A stretch of 26,973 nt of DNA from a virus. Its lineage: Duplodnaviria; Caudoviricetes. Shown one piece after another: positions 8,494 through 17,097 of the stretch. A program made the position numbers and the translations under genes. Under the pieces are notes generated by a model. That model did not search any database and was not told the origin of the DNA. It saw nothing but the letters and a program-made list of their open reading frames with translations. Numbering within the stretch: position 1 is the stretch's first letter; every line of letters begins with the position of its first letter. The stretch is from the IMG/VR virus record IMGVR_UViG_3300032332_001437, positions 1-26,973 of that record. One strand, written 5' to 3'.

Positions 8494-9683
8494 CAGATGA
8501 CCTTGAGTATCAGGGGTTTCTTGGCACGCCTCGACATCAGAGCGAGGGAAAGCGCACACACGCCGTCGTCATGTCCGGCCGTCGCCTCGTACTGCACGGC
8601 TCCCCTTCCTGAGTATCGGAAGCCGAACGCCTCGAGTTCATTCCGCAACCAACCGTCGGGGAAGCGTATCTCCTTGGTCTGAATCGCGATTTGAAGGCCT
8701 TCCATCAACTGCTGCTTGGTCTGCGACGTGAACTTGTAGCCTTCCACGCGACGGCAGACACGCTTGAGATCCTCGACGATCGGATCGCCGACGCCCGTCG
8801 AGTCGATCTGCGCCGGCAAGTCGCCGATCATCCGCGCGAGGCGCTCGCGCGTGACGTGCCACGGCGACTGCCATCGCTCGGCTCTGCATACAGCGCCGTC
8901 CGCATCGAGCGCGATTGCGACCGTCCAGTCTTGGCTCTTCGCGAGGTCGACACCCCAACATTCGGGCTTGCCATCGGACAGCGGCCCGATGCAAGATCGG
9001 ATCGCGTCAAGTCCGAACGGGTTGCCGCCGTCCTCAGCCGGCACGCCTTCGTATTCCTGCATGAACACTTCGGTCGGAAGCATCCTCCGCGCTGCCTCGA
9101 TCTCGTCGGGATCAAGGAACGGATTGCGCGCGCTGCCGACGCGGAATGCGCGCATCTGTCCGGTCGTGTCGGATTCGGCCTCGAGGAACAGACGATGAAA
9201 GTCGCCCGTTCCCTTGGGCGTTCCCAAGAACAACGCCCGTCCCTTGCGATCTGTCAAGGTCGCGCGCGTGGCTTCGCGCCAGTTGCGGAGAAGCACAGGA
9301 ACGAATCCCGCCTCGTCGAAGACGATCAAGTCATAGTCGCGGCCGCGTCCGGCATCCTCGCCACCCTTTCCCTCGAGCGACCAAAAGTCGATCGTGCCGC
9401 CTGTGCGGAGCGTCATGCGCTTTTCCATGCGATCGTGCGAACGGATCAGCCGGCCGAGTGACTTCTCGAATCCACGGACGGGATCGGCGAGGTACTTGTA
9501 CGAGGGCGCGAACCATCCGACCTTCTTGCCGGCGATCGCTTCGTACTGAGCGACGACGTGGCCGAACGTCGTCTTGCCCCATCGTCGGCCGATCTCGAGG
9601 ACGCTGAATCGCGCGAGGTTCCTATAGACTTCGCGCTGCGAGTCGTGGAACACGCTCTCGATGGCGGGCAACTTCACGATCAC
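8493..9683 (-). CDS. terL: Terminase large subunit
   Basis: Walker A IGRRWGKT, Walker B IVFDEA, GTPKG, nuclease motifs GVDLAKSQD and HDDGV. GTG 9683 overlaps the TerS stop. Confidence 0.95.
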   Translation of the reverse strand: MIVKLPAIESVFHDSQREVYRNLARFSVLEIGRRWGKTTFGHVVAQYEAIAGKKVGWFAPSYKYLADPVRGFEKSLGRLIRSHDRMEKRMTLRTGGTIDFWSLEGKGGEDAGRGRDYDLIVFDEAGFVPVLLRNWREATRATLTDRKGRALFLGTPKGTGDFHRLFLEAESDTTGQMRAFRVGSARNPFLDPDEIEAARRMLPTEVFMQEYEGVPAEDGGNPFGLDAIRSCIGPLSDGKPECWGVDLAKSQDWTVAIALDADGAVCRAERWQSPWHVTRERLARMIGDLPAQIDSTGVGDPIVEDLKRVCRRVEGYKFTSQTKQQLMEGLQIAIQTKEIRFPDGWLRNELEAFGFRYSGRGAVQYEATAGHDDGVCALSLALMSRRAKKPLILKVI

Positions 9684-10015
9684 GCATTCGTCCCGTTCCT
9701 GTTGATCGGCTCGATGATCACCGTCTCCTCGCGCACGGTCTCGTCGATCTTGTCGCGCTGTCCGAGGAACTGCTTGCCGAGCCAAATAAGCATAGTCGTG
9801 TTGCCGGACTTCGCCTTCTCGTACTGCCAACGGCGCAGCGACGTCTTCATGCGTTCATGCCCTTTGGCGATGGCGGCCGTCGCGCGACGTTGAAGCGTCC
9901 GCTCGGAGCAGTCGCACATGACGGCGATCTCCTCGAGCGTGCATCCGATCGACGCATAGATCTCGATCTTCTCGAGATCCAGTTTGGTCGAATACGATCC
10001 CTTAGGCCTTGCCAT
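9680..10015 (-). CDS. terS: Terminase small subunit (HTH type)
   Basis: ARPK start, HTH-like GCTLEEIAVMCDCSERTLQR, MLIWLGKQFLGQRD; immediately upstream of TerL. Confidence 0.85.
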   Translation of the reverse strand: MARPKGSYSTKLDLEKIEIYASIGCTLEEIAVMCDCSERTLQRRATAAIAKGHERMKTSLRRWQYEKAKSGNTTMLIWLGKQFLGQRDKIDETVREETVIIEPINRNGTNA

Positions 10016-10889
10016 CTGTTCCTCCGATCAACCCGCGAAGGTTGTCGTTCTTCGGCGTGCGCACCTGCTTCAACTTCATGCCGAACTCGTTCGGCGTTTC
10101 GGGGATCACGACGCCCTTCTTCAACCTCAACGGCGTGTCGAACTTCGCCCAATTGTTCGCGACGACGTGCTGTGGCCGCTTGAACCGACGTCCGACCGAC
10201 ACGACGCCGGGCCATACGCGCTCGAGCGAACGCGCCATCTTCAGACGGCCGTCGCCCTTGTAGAGTTGCGCCGTGTTGCCGCCCTTCATCGTCATCGTCG
10301 CTGCCTTGACGATCAGGAACGCGTTGAACAGCACCGTGCACCATCCGTCGGCAAGCACCTGAAGGCACAGATCGGTGTCCTCGTTGTAGCGACCTCGCCA
10401 ACGGTGCGGAAGGTCGTTCCTGATGCACAGGCATGAGTACACGTGGACGTTGAGGTTGAACGGAGGTGCCTTGCCGCGCGCAAAGAAGAGATAGTTCATG
10501 CCGGCGATGGCGATGTTGTCGTATCGGTCGATGAAGTCCTCGCACGCGACGAATGCCGGCCCTGATTCCATCGGGATGCGCTTGCCGGCGTTCCATCGAC
10601 GGATGCCGCTGATGTTGTCGTCGAGGATCCAATGCCGTTCATGGCCGGCCGCGATCGAGTGCTCCCAACACCAGTTGCGCGCGGGAATCCCTCCCAAGCC
10701 GAGGTTGCTGAAGGGAAGTTTCAGCAGCCGATCGGGACGGACGTGCTGCGCATATGCGTCATACTCCTGCGGCTCGATGACGACGCGATAGTCGACGCCG
10801 TCGCGCTCGAGGAATCGCGCCGTGAGGCAGCAGTCGTGACGGCCCTTTGAGATCACGTAGATCGGATAGCGGGTGACGGTCTTGTTCAT
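10002..10889 (-). CDS. TET-associated (GREB1-like) glycosyltransferase
   Basis: YPIYVISKGR, WILDDNI, YSCLCI...WRGRYNEDTDLCLQVL...GWCTVLFNAF and TMKGGNT motifs. ATG 10889 has a GGAG SD; GTG 10928 is an alternative start. Confidence 0.8.
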   Translation of the reverse strand: MNKTVTRYPIYVISKGRHDCCLTARFLERDGVDYRVVIEPQEYDAYAQHVRPDRLLKLPFSNLGLGGIPARNWCWEHSIAAGHERHWILDDNISGIRRWNAGKRIPMESGPAFVACEDFIDRYDNIAIAGMNYLFFARGKAPPFNLNVHVYSCLCIRNDLPHRWRGRYNEDTDLCLQVLADGWCTVLFNAFLIVKAATMTMKGGNTAQLYKGDGRLKMARSLERVWPGVVSVGRRFKRPQHVVANNWAKFDTPLRLKKGVVIPETPNEFGMKLKQVRTPKNDNLRGLIGGTDGKA

Positions 10890-10924
10890 GGGACTCCGCT
10901 CGGCGTTCGACGACGCCGGCAAGT

Positions 10925-11605
10925 TCACTCGTCGGACTGATATCGCATCGCCGTGAGATCGTCGCGCGGACGATCAGGCCAAATGGTCGACCACACAGCA
11001 CCCTCGCCGTGCGACTTATGGACGACCGTCAGGCCCGCCATGGCCATGAACTTCTCACGGTCTTCCTTCGACTCGAACTGCACGATCAACTTGAGCACGT
11101 CGGGCTTCGGAACGTACTCGGGCATGCCGACCCATTCGGCCGCCTCGTTGATGTCCTTGATCTCCGACTGCGGACGCGTCACGAACACGAGGTTCGCAAG
11201 CATCTTCTCATCGTAGCCCGTTCCGAAGAGGCCTTCGGTGTCGGTGTCCTTGATTTCCTTGAGGAGTTCCGACAGCATCCGGTCGTCGATCTCGGCAAGG
11301 CGAGACACCTCGTTGTCGCCCGTGACGATCTTCAGGGCCTTCGGATCGTCAGGAGACAGGTCGACCTTGATCACGGGGATCTTCTTCAGCCCGATCTGCT
11401 TCGACGCCTGCACCACGCCATGGCCGGCAAGGATAGTTCCGTCACGCGCGATCACGACGTTGCGATAGAAACCGTGTTCGCGGATCGACTGGACGAGATG
11501 GTCAAGTTGATCCTGAGGATGCGATCGGTAGTTCCTCGGGTGGGGACGGAGCGCATCGACGTCGACGATCTCCGTTGCCCTGATCTGTGGCGCGTCGACG
11601 TTCAT
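10925..11605 (-). CDS. ParB/Srx N-terminal domain protein
   Basis: LRPHPRNYRSH, SIREHGF, ILAGHGVVQA and GDNE motifs; ATG 11605 overlaps the FkbM stop. Confidence 0.88.
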   Translation of the reverse strand: MNVDAPQIRATEIVDVDALRPHPRNYRSHPQDQLDHLVQSIREHGFYRNVVIARDGTILAGHGVVQASKQIGLKKIPVIKVDLSPDDPKALKIVTGDNEVSRLAEIDDRMLSELLKEIKDTDTEGLFGTGYDEKMLANLVFVTRPQSEIKDINEAAEWVGMPEYVPKPDVLKLIVQFESKEDREKFMAMAGLTVVHKSHGEGAVWSTIWPDRPRDDLTAMRYQSDE

Positions 11606-12162
11606 CGCGGGATCTCCAGTCCGGACTCCCCGTGGATCCACCAGTCCTCGATCTGAATCGGCGGCCCCTTGTCCTGCTTGACCTCGGCCGTGGCGAAGTA
11701 GATGTAGCCGGCCCGATACATCATCGTGGCCATCTCTGCCGCGCGACGATGGCCTCCGGGCCTGTATCGGTCATGCTCGACCGTCGCGATGCGGAACTTG
11801 AACTTGTCGAGCGGAAGCGATTGCAGCACGCTGTGCGTGAGATCCGGCGGCTCGAGGTCGAGCGACAGGTAGTCGATCCATCCATTCACGGCGATCCGCG
11901 AGAACAGATAGTCCCAATCGGCCGTCGTCGCGTCGTCGTGTGCATAGATCTGCGATCGCGTCTGAAGATGCTTGCAGAGGAGATCGGCGTCCTTCTCGCA
12001 CACGATTCCGCTCCATCCGAACGAGTGGTGCAGGGCGTGGGTGTTGCTGATCTGAACCGGATCGCCTGCGCCAATGTCGACGTACGTGCCGTTGCGCTTG
12101 TTCCGCGTCATATGCGCGACAAACTCGTCTTGGCCGAGTTGCGACTGCCATTTGATCTGCAT
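11602..12162 (-). CDS. FkbM-family SAM-dependent methyltransferase
   Basis: SQLGQD, YVDIGAGDP...SNT, GWSGI, IDYLSLDLE and TVEHD motifs; AGGAG SD before ATG 12162. Confidence 0.85.
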   Translation of the reverse strand: MQIKWQSQLGQDEFVAHMTRNKRNGTYVDIGAGDPVQISNTHALHHSFGWSGIVCEKDADLLCKHLQTRSQIYAHDDATTADWDYLFSRIAVNGWIDYLSLDLEPPDLTHSVLQSLPLDKFKFRIATVEHDRYRPGGHRRAAEMATMMYRAGYIYFATAEVKQDKGPPIQIEDWWIHGESGLEIPR

Positions 12163-12179
12163 GGTTGTCTCCTGCGCGC

Positions 12180-12208
12180 ATACTCGCGCCGGCACCGCGT
12201 TCCGTCAA
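12180..12208 (-). promoter_or_regulatory. Possible sigma70-like promoter for the FkbM-ParB-GT-terminase operon
   Basis: TTGACG-N17-GAGTAT in the only gap in this stretch; the -10 match is weak. Confidence 0.35.
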
Positions 12209-12209
12209 G

Positions 12210-12911
12210 TCAGCGGTCTGCGTCGATCTCGAGCAGCAGTTGATCGACGTAAATGCTTCGCGCCGTGGTGCCGACGGACTTGAGGATGTAGACGGACACG
12301 GCAGTTGCTCGAGCCGAGCCTGTTGGGATCGAATCGGATGACGCCGTCGATCGCGTCGCCTTCAGCACGCCGTCGATGTAGAACCGCGCTGTCGATGCGT
12401 CTTTGTTGACCACGATGTCGAACGTGTGCCAGTTCGTGTCGGCCGCCACGCCTGTGTCCGTTGCACTCGTCAGGGTTCCACCCGATGAGTAGGACATCGC
12501 TGTCCAGTTGCCCGATGACGCGCCGTGGGTGTATTGGAAGTAGACGCCGTCTGTTGGAGTTGTCGATGTACGGTTGTCGCTGAATCCGATGGTGACGGAG
12601 AACGTCTGCGCGGCGACAGACAGCGTCGGGATCTTCAGCGTGCAAGAGATCCTGTGTTCGCGCGTTCCGAAGACCACCGAGTCGACGGCGTTCGAGCCGA
12701 TTCCCGCGCTGCCTGTCGCGCTCGTCGACGTGTTGGAGTCGAGGACGCCGACGCGGTTGCCGTCGGTGTTGGTCGCTGCCGTCGTGAACGTGTTCACCCC
12801 GCCCGTAGCGAAGTTCGTCCAGTCAGCGGCCGCGTTCATGTCGCTGAACAGAATGGCACGCGATCGCACCTCGCGTTCGACCGGACTCGAGGTATAGCGG
12901 ACGATCGGCAT
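12210..12911 (-). CDS. Concanavalin A/LamG-like beta-sandwich protein, probably virion-associated
   Basis: Thr/Ser/Gly-rich with WHTFDIVVN...ARFYIDGVLKAT, typical of ConA-like lectin folds. Confidence 0.6.
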   Translation of the reverse strand: MPIVRYTSSPVEREVRSRAILFSDMNAAADWTNFATGGVNTFTTAATNTDGNRVGVLDSNTSTSATGSAGIGSNAVDSVVFGTREHRISCTLKIPTLSVAAQTFSVTIGFSDNRTSTTPTDGVYFQYTHGASSGNWTAMSYSSGGTLTSATDTGVAADTNWHTFDIVVNKDASTARFYIDGVLKATRSTASSDSIPTGSARATAVSVYILKSVGTTARSIYVDQLLLEIDADR

Positions 12912-13148
12912 CTACTTGTCCTCTGCCACGAACGAGGGCGGAACGCAATACCAACCCTCGGGGATCCTGATGCAGTTCTCCGAAAGTGTCCATGTGCCGT
13001 CGACCATCGTGTAGACGCGAACGTCAGCCTTCGGGCCGATCCTGATCGGGCTTTCCTCCGGCACGAAGACGGTTCGGTTGCCGGCGCAACCACTCAGAGA
13101 TGCGACGGCCGCCACGGCGAAGAGTGCCGACGTCGCGATCTGCGTCAC
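12912..13148 (-). CDS. Putative o-spanin (Rz1-like lipoprotein)
   Basis: Hydrophobic signal ending in lipobox LSG-C and a Pro-containing mature part; overlaps the upstream ORF in another frame. GTG start is tentative. Confidence 0.6.
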   Translation of the reverse strand: MTQIATSALFAVAAVASLSGCAGNRTVFVPEESPIRIGPKADVRVYTMVDGTWTLSENCIRIPEGWYCVPPSFVAEDK

Positions 13149-13230
13149 GCGCCGTCGACGGCGTGGACGCGGACTGTCCGAGCATCCTGACAAGGACCTC
13201 GACGATGGCAGCGACGATGCGTTCAATCAT
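13024..13230 (-). CDS. Putative i-spanin (Rz-like) / small membrane protein
   Basis: Strong AAGGAG SD, hydrophobic N-terminus IVAAIVEVLV, overlaps the lipoprotein ORF in an Rz/Rz1-like layout. Confidence 0.5.
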   Translation of the reverse strand: MIERIVAAIVEVLVRMLGQSASTPSTARDADRDVGTLRRGGRRISEWLRRQPNRLRAGGKPDQDRPEG

Positions 13231-13245
13231 GGTCTCCTTCTTCGT

Positions 13246-13476
13246 TCAAGCGTCCTCGCCCTCGAGCGCGCGCACCCTTGCCTCAAGCCTTCCCGTCGCG
13301 TCGCGGAGTCGTTGAATCTCGTCGGCCGCGTCCTCGAGTTCCCGCCTGACCTCAGTCCATAGCGTGAACATCGGCGACGACGCAAGCATGCGCATGCGTT
13401 CGCTCCGATCAGCGACGGAAGACAGAACGCGAGAATGGCCGACGCCCGCGTCGATCCATCTCTCGTTCGCGTTCAC
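13246..13476 (-). CDS. Hypothetical protein with C-terminal coiled coil
   Basis: GTGA overlap with the holin stop; ELEDAADEIQRLR...LEARVRALE. Confidence 0.6.
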   Translation of the reverse strand: MNANERWIDAGVGHSRVLSSVADRSERMRMLASSPMFTLWTEVRRELEDAADEIQRLRDATGRLEARVRALEGEDA

Positions 13477-13670
13477 TTCGCGCCGGCTTTCTCGCTCGTC
13501 ACCTTGTTGTCGCGGGCGAAGATGCCGATGCCCATGATGCCGAGCGCAGCGATCACGGCCTCGAACGAGAACGTGGTCGCAGCGTCGTTGTCGAGCAGGT
13601 ACGAGACCTGCGTCGCGATGATGCCGACGCCGGACAGGATGCCGAGGGTAGTGGTCTTCCAAGAACTCAT
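13473..13670 (-). CDS. Putative holin
   Basis: 65 aa, WKTT start, two hydrophobic segments, charged C-terminus ARDNKVTSEKAGAK. Confidence 0.65.
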   Translation of the reverse strand: MSSWKTTTLGILSGVGIIATQVSYLLDNDAATTFSFEAVIAALGIMGIGIFARDNKVTSEKAGAK

Positions 13671-13951
13671 GGCTGCCTCACAGGATGGGATCCGAAGAAA
13701 GAGATGGTCGCGACGTTCGTCGACGCGCTGATGACCTCGAGGTCAGCCGTCTCGCAGATTCCGAGCGGCTGCGCGACGCCCGTGTCGAGGCCGTACTCGT
13801 TGTTGGTGTTCGACGCCTGACGCATGATCGCTGCGTTCGACGGCTGAGAGATGGTGACGTGACGGTAGATGCCGGCCGCGTCGTTGGGGAAGCAGCGCTT
13901 CCAAGTCGTTCCCGTTGCATTCGTCGTCACTCTGTTCATGTATGCGGGCAT
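13667..13951 (-). CDS. Hypothetical protein (94 aa, beta-rich)
   Basis: AGGAG SD before ATG 13951; ATGA overlap with the holin. Confidence 0.6.
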   Translation of the reverse strand: MPAYMNRVTTNATGTTWKRCFPNDAAGIYRHVTISQPSNAAIMRQASNTNNEYGLDTGVAQPLGICETADLEVISASTNVATISFFGSHPVRQP

Positions 13952-13953
13952 GT

Positions 13954-14232
13954 CTACTCCTGTCGGTTGTTCGCGCGCATTCGGCCGTGGTCGTCGATGC
14001 CGGCGCGTGCGAGGATGATGGTCAGTTCGGTCACGCTCCTGCTCAGGTGCTCGATGGATCTCTCCAACACTATGACGCGGGTGGACGACGACTCCCGTTC
14101 CTTCTTGATCTCGACCTGCAGTTCCTTGAGGTCGGATCGTAGGCCATAGACCTCGCGTAGCAACCACACGACGGCTCCGATGGACGGAATCAGGACGACC
14201 GACACGATCTTCAGGATGTCCTCGATCGTCAT
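13954..14232 (-). CDS. Membrane-anchored coiled-coil protein of the lysis region
   Basis: One N-terminal TM (IVSVVLIPSIGAVVWLL) followed by a heptad pattern. Confidence 0.7.
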   Translation of the reverse strand: MTIEDILKIVSVVLIPSIGAVVWLLREVYGLRSDLKELQVEIKKERESSSTRVIVLERSIEHLSRSVTELTIILARAGIDDHGRMRANNRQE

Positions 14233-14576
14233 GGACGCTCCCCGATCACCGCGATCTTTCCCGCGACCGTCCGGAGGTCGGACAGTTTGACGAGGCAGTA
14301 CCAGTCGGTGTCTCCGTCTTCGCGAAGCAGGACGAGCGGGATGGATGCCGTCTTGCCGGCGTCCTCCTCTGCCTGTTCATAGAAGCGGAGCGCGCCGATC
14401 GACTTGCGGCCCTTGACCTCGACGTGAAGGCCCTCGACGTCGACGCGGAGATCGGCGTCGCCGTTGTCGCCGCTGTACTGGACGGAGCGTCTCGCGCCCG
14501 TCCCGATGGCCAACGACCACGACCGTGCTGCCTCGCGTTCGAGGCGCTTCCCTTTCTGTCGGCTGTTCACAGGCAT
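14229..14576 (-). CDS. Holliday junction resolvase, PD-(D/E)XK Hjc-like
   Basis: NSRQKGKRLEREAA, DADL, VEVK and PLVLLR motifs. Confidence 0.85.
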   Translation of the reverse strand: MPVNSRQKGKRLEREAARSWSLAIGTGARRSVQYSGDNGDADLRVDVEGLHVEVKGRKSIGALRFYEQAEEDAGKTASIPLVLLREDGDTDWYCLVKLSDLRTVAGKIAVIGERP

Positions 14577-14630
14577 GGCCGTTTCATCGGCTCAGAAAGT
14601 CGCGCGCTTTCGACTGTTTACTGTGGCGAC

Positions 14631-14667
14631 AAAAACAGCCCTGCCCACGGTTCGCGTGGGCGGGCTG
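14631..14667 (-). terminator. Rho-independent terminator ending the early/middle region
   Basis: Minus strand CAGCCCGCCCACG-CGAAC-CGTGGGCAGGGCTG followed by TTTTT. Confidence 0.85.
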
Positions 14668-14760
14668 CATTGGGGGAAAAGATGCGGGTTGATCGCGCCG
14701 GACGGCGTTGCCGGCGGGAGGTTATTTGGCGGTCTACGATCCAGTAGGAGCCGTGGCTGC

Positions 14761-15213
14761 CTAGAACGGCCGTTCGGTCGGTTCATCGGAAGGATCGCCC
14801 CTACGGCTTCCTCCGTCTGCCTGACGGCGTCCGACGAACGAACGGCGTTGTGCTCCGACGGGATGACGCCCGAACCAGTCGCAGTCGGCGAGGATCAGGG
14901 AGATTTCGCCCGCCGTCGGACGGTCGTCCATCCGATCGGCATGAACCATCAGGACGGCATACTCCACGAACACCCGGCCGCTTCCGTCGTCGGCGTCGAT
15001 CGCGTCGTCTCCCTCGGTGGGATTGGCAAGCCAAACCTTCCGATGGTGCAGCATCCGGTGGTACTCGGCTTCGGTTCGGCCGTCGACCGTGAACCGCATC
15101 ATGGTGACGTCCGGATCGCAATGATCTCGGATTCCGTGGCGCGGGCCTCCGAAGAACGTCATCCATCGCGGATTCGGATCGTCGTGCGTGTCTGCCCATC
15201 TGCTTTTAGTCAA
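14761..15213 (-). CDS. Hypothetical protein
   Basis: TTG start with AGGAGG SD overlapping the previous stop; FFGGPRHG motif common in small phage proteins. Confidence 0.6.
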   Translation of the reverse strand: MTKSRWADTHDDPNPRWMTFFGGPRHGIRDHCDPDVTMMRFTVDGRTEAEYHRMLHHRKVWLANPTEGDDAIDADDGSGRVFVEYAVLMVHADRMDDRPTAGEISLILADCDWFGRHPVGAQRRSFVGRRQADGGSRRGDPSDEPTERPF

Positions 15214-15328
15214 GGTCGTCCTCCTGATTGATCCGTCGAAGTGTTGCGAATCCGACGACGACGCCGGCAAAGAAGATGATCAGTCCGATGACTGCAATGG
15301 ACAGCAGAGAGAAAAGGCTTCCCATCAT
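15206..15328 (-). CDS. Small single-pass membrane protein (40 aa)
   Basis: Not in the ORF track: MMGSLFSLLSIAVIGLIIFFAGVVVGFATLRRINQEDDLD, overlapping both neighbours. Confidence 0.65.
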   Translation of the reverse strand: MMGSLFSLLSIAVIGLIIFFAGVVVGFATLRRINQEDDLD

Positions 15329-15546
15329 CTTTTTTCCTTCAAGTATTTCCAACCCCGCTGCTCAATCTCCTGCGTCAGTTCAGCCCAAGAACATCGCTCC
15401 TTTACCCACATCAGGATTTCCCGCCTCGCATCGTCGCGCTCGGCGGTCAGCCGCTCGATCTCGGCCGCGGCTTCGGTAATGATCGTCTTTGGTCCAACCT
15501 GATCGTAACGGCGCAGCCGCGCCACGAAGTCTTGCTTGTCGCTCAC
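15325..15546 (-). CDS. Hypothetical protein with ERDDARRE...RGW motif
   Basis: GTGA overlap and GGAAGG SD; EAAAEIERLTAERDDARRE...QRGWKYL. Confidence 0.7.
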   Translation of the reverse strand: MSDKQDFVARLRRYDQVGPKTIITEAAAEIERLTAERDDARREILMWVKERCSWAELTQEIEQRGWKYLKEKR

Positions 15547-16019
15547 TTGCCTTCCTCCTTGAAGCAGTCCCATCCGCGCTCCATTGCGATCGCGGTGGGA
15601 TCCGTTGCCTGCCATGACATGGCCGCGAGTCCCGAGGCGAGTCCGGTCACGGGGATGCGCCGTTCACGGTCTCGTTCGGCCGCGATCATCCGGCACAACT
15701 CGCGACGGACATCGTCACACTCCTCACGGAAGCGTCCGGCGACATACGCACGGTCATGACGGAACCATTCGGCCGCGCAAGCGCCACGCTCGAGCAGAAC
15801 GGCCGCGTTGATGACCATCGCGTTGATCTCGTCCTTCGGAGGAGTCCCGAACAGGCTGAACGCGCGGAGAGTTCGAGCCGTGTCGCGCATCTCTTGGATG
15901 CGATCCTCGGGATCGTGACGCGTCATCATCGACGGATGGGTTCGGTCGAACGTCGAGACGCCGGGTTGCGGATCCTGCATCTCCATCTGTTCGCGTTCGC
16001 GTTCACGGGCTGACATCAT
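15543..16019 (-). CDS. Hypothetical protein with ECDDVRRE...RGWDCF motif
   Basis: GGAGG SD; C-terminal motif resembles the downstream gene. Confidence 0.7.
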   Translation of the reverse strand: MMSAREREREQMEMQDPQPGVSTFDRTHPSMMTRHDPEDRIQEMRDTARTLRAFSLFGTPPKDEINAMVINAAVLLERGACAAEWFRHDRAYVAGRFREECDDVRRELCRMIAAERDRERRIPVTGLASGLAAMSWQATDPTAIAMERGWDCFKEEGK

Positions 16020-16335
16020 CGGAGCCTCCCTTCTCGAGATCCTGCTGAAGCCGGCGATGCAGTTCCGTCCGGATCGCCTGAGACGTAAGCGCGACGCCGA
16101 TGCGCTGAAGCGCGACCGACGTCACGATGTTGCACTCGAAGCGGATGTCCGACTGCATCTCGGCCGTCGTCGTCCGATCCATCTCGCGACGCGCAAACAT
16201 AGTCTCGCGGAGGATGTCGATCAGCAGACGGACGTCCTGCTTCTCGATCCAGTCGGAGATCTCGGTGATCTCCATGTCGTTGGCCGAGATGGATCGCGCG
16301 AGGATGGATCGCATCTCCTTGTCGGTGTCCATCAT
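16003..16335 (-). CDS. Hypothetical helical protein
   Basis: ATG 16335 with GGGGAG SD and TGATG overlap. Confidence 0.65.
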   Translation of the reverse strand: MMDTDKEMRSILARSISANDMEITEISDWIEKQDVRLLIDILRETMFARREMDRTTTAEMQSDIRFECNIVTSVALQRIGVALTSQAIRTELHRRLQQDLEKGGSDDVSP

Positions 16336-16739
16336 CAGATCTCCCCTCGGTCGGTGACGACGAACCTCGGAGCGTCGGCCTCGCCTCCGAACGCGACGCT
16401 TGGGATGTACTTGTACAGCACGACCGACTGATGCGGATGCGTCGGCGTCCGCTCGAGGAGCGCCTCGCCGTCGACCGTCTCGATGCAACGCCACGATTCC
16501 GGATACTGCATCGAGCAGGTGAAGAACGTAAGCGCGTCGTGGCCGAACATGCGTCCGTTGTTGTTCTTCAGGTCGTCGAAGATCGCCTGTTCGAGCATCG
16601 TGTCGAGATGGATCTGCCGTTGGCCGGCCTCGACGAGATGGTCTCGCAGCACACGTGCGACCACGATGCGCTTTCCGTTCCGTCCGTCCGCAAGCCAATC
16701 CGTCCTGTACCTGTGGTTCCTGTCAAGCCGTCGGTTCAT
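16335..16739 (-). CDS. Hypothetical protein
   Basis: AGGAG SD before ATG 16739 (MNRRLDRN...). Confidence 0.65.
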   Translation of the reverse strand: MNRRLDRNHRYRTDWLADGRNGKRIVVARVLRDHLVEAGQRQIHLDTMLEQAIFDDLKNNNGRMFGHDALTFFTCSMQYPESWRCIETVDGEALLERTPTHPHQSVVLYKYIPSVAFGGEADAPRFVVTDRGEI

Positions 16740-17097
16740 TCTTGGTCTCCTGTTCGGGATCTTTCCTAGATCCGTTGGTGTGAATCGTATCGCCCAACAG
16801 TCGGGCGAGTATGTCGAGGTTCTGCTCGTCGCGATGCCACGACTCGGCCGCGTCCGGTTCGCCGACGTCGGACGCTGCATTGCGCTGTTCGGTGCAGAGG
16901 TCTGCCGCGTCGGAAAGCGAACCGATCATGTCGCCGACGAGCGAGAATGGGATGCTGATCGTGACGAAGCCCGGCGCTGCGGTCTTCTGCTTCTCGATCG
17001 TCTCGAGCGAGGCAGCGATCCGCTCGAGCGTCGCGGCCATCGACGGGACGACGCTTCCGAGGATCCTGTGTCCGATCAATGTCTCATGGAACTGCAT
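16723..17097 (-). CDS. Hypothetical protein
   Basis: GGAG SD; MQFHETLIGHR...LERIAASLE N-terminus. Confidence 0.7.
   Translation of the reverse strand: MQFHETLIGHRILGSVVPSMAATLERIAASLETIEKQKTAAPGFVTISIPFSLVGDMIGSLSDAADLCTEQRNAASDVGEPDAAESWHRDEQNLDILARLLGDTIHTNGSRKDPEQETKNEPTA

Noticed and set aside
12210-12911. Diversity-generating retroelement targeting the lectin-like protein
   Set aside because: No reverse transcriptase and no template/variable repeat pair differing at adenines was seen.
14577-14625. Third copy of the early promoter upstream of the resolvase (AAACAGTCGAAA...GCCGAT)
   Set aside because: It resembles the -35 context, but no -10 lies at 17 bp and there is no leader hairpin-SD unit; too weak to call.
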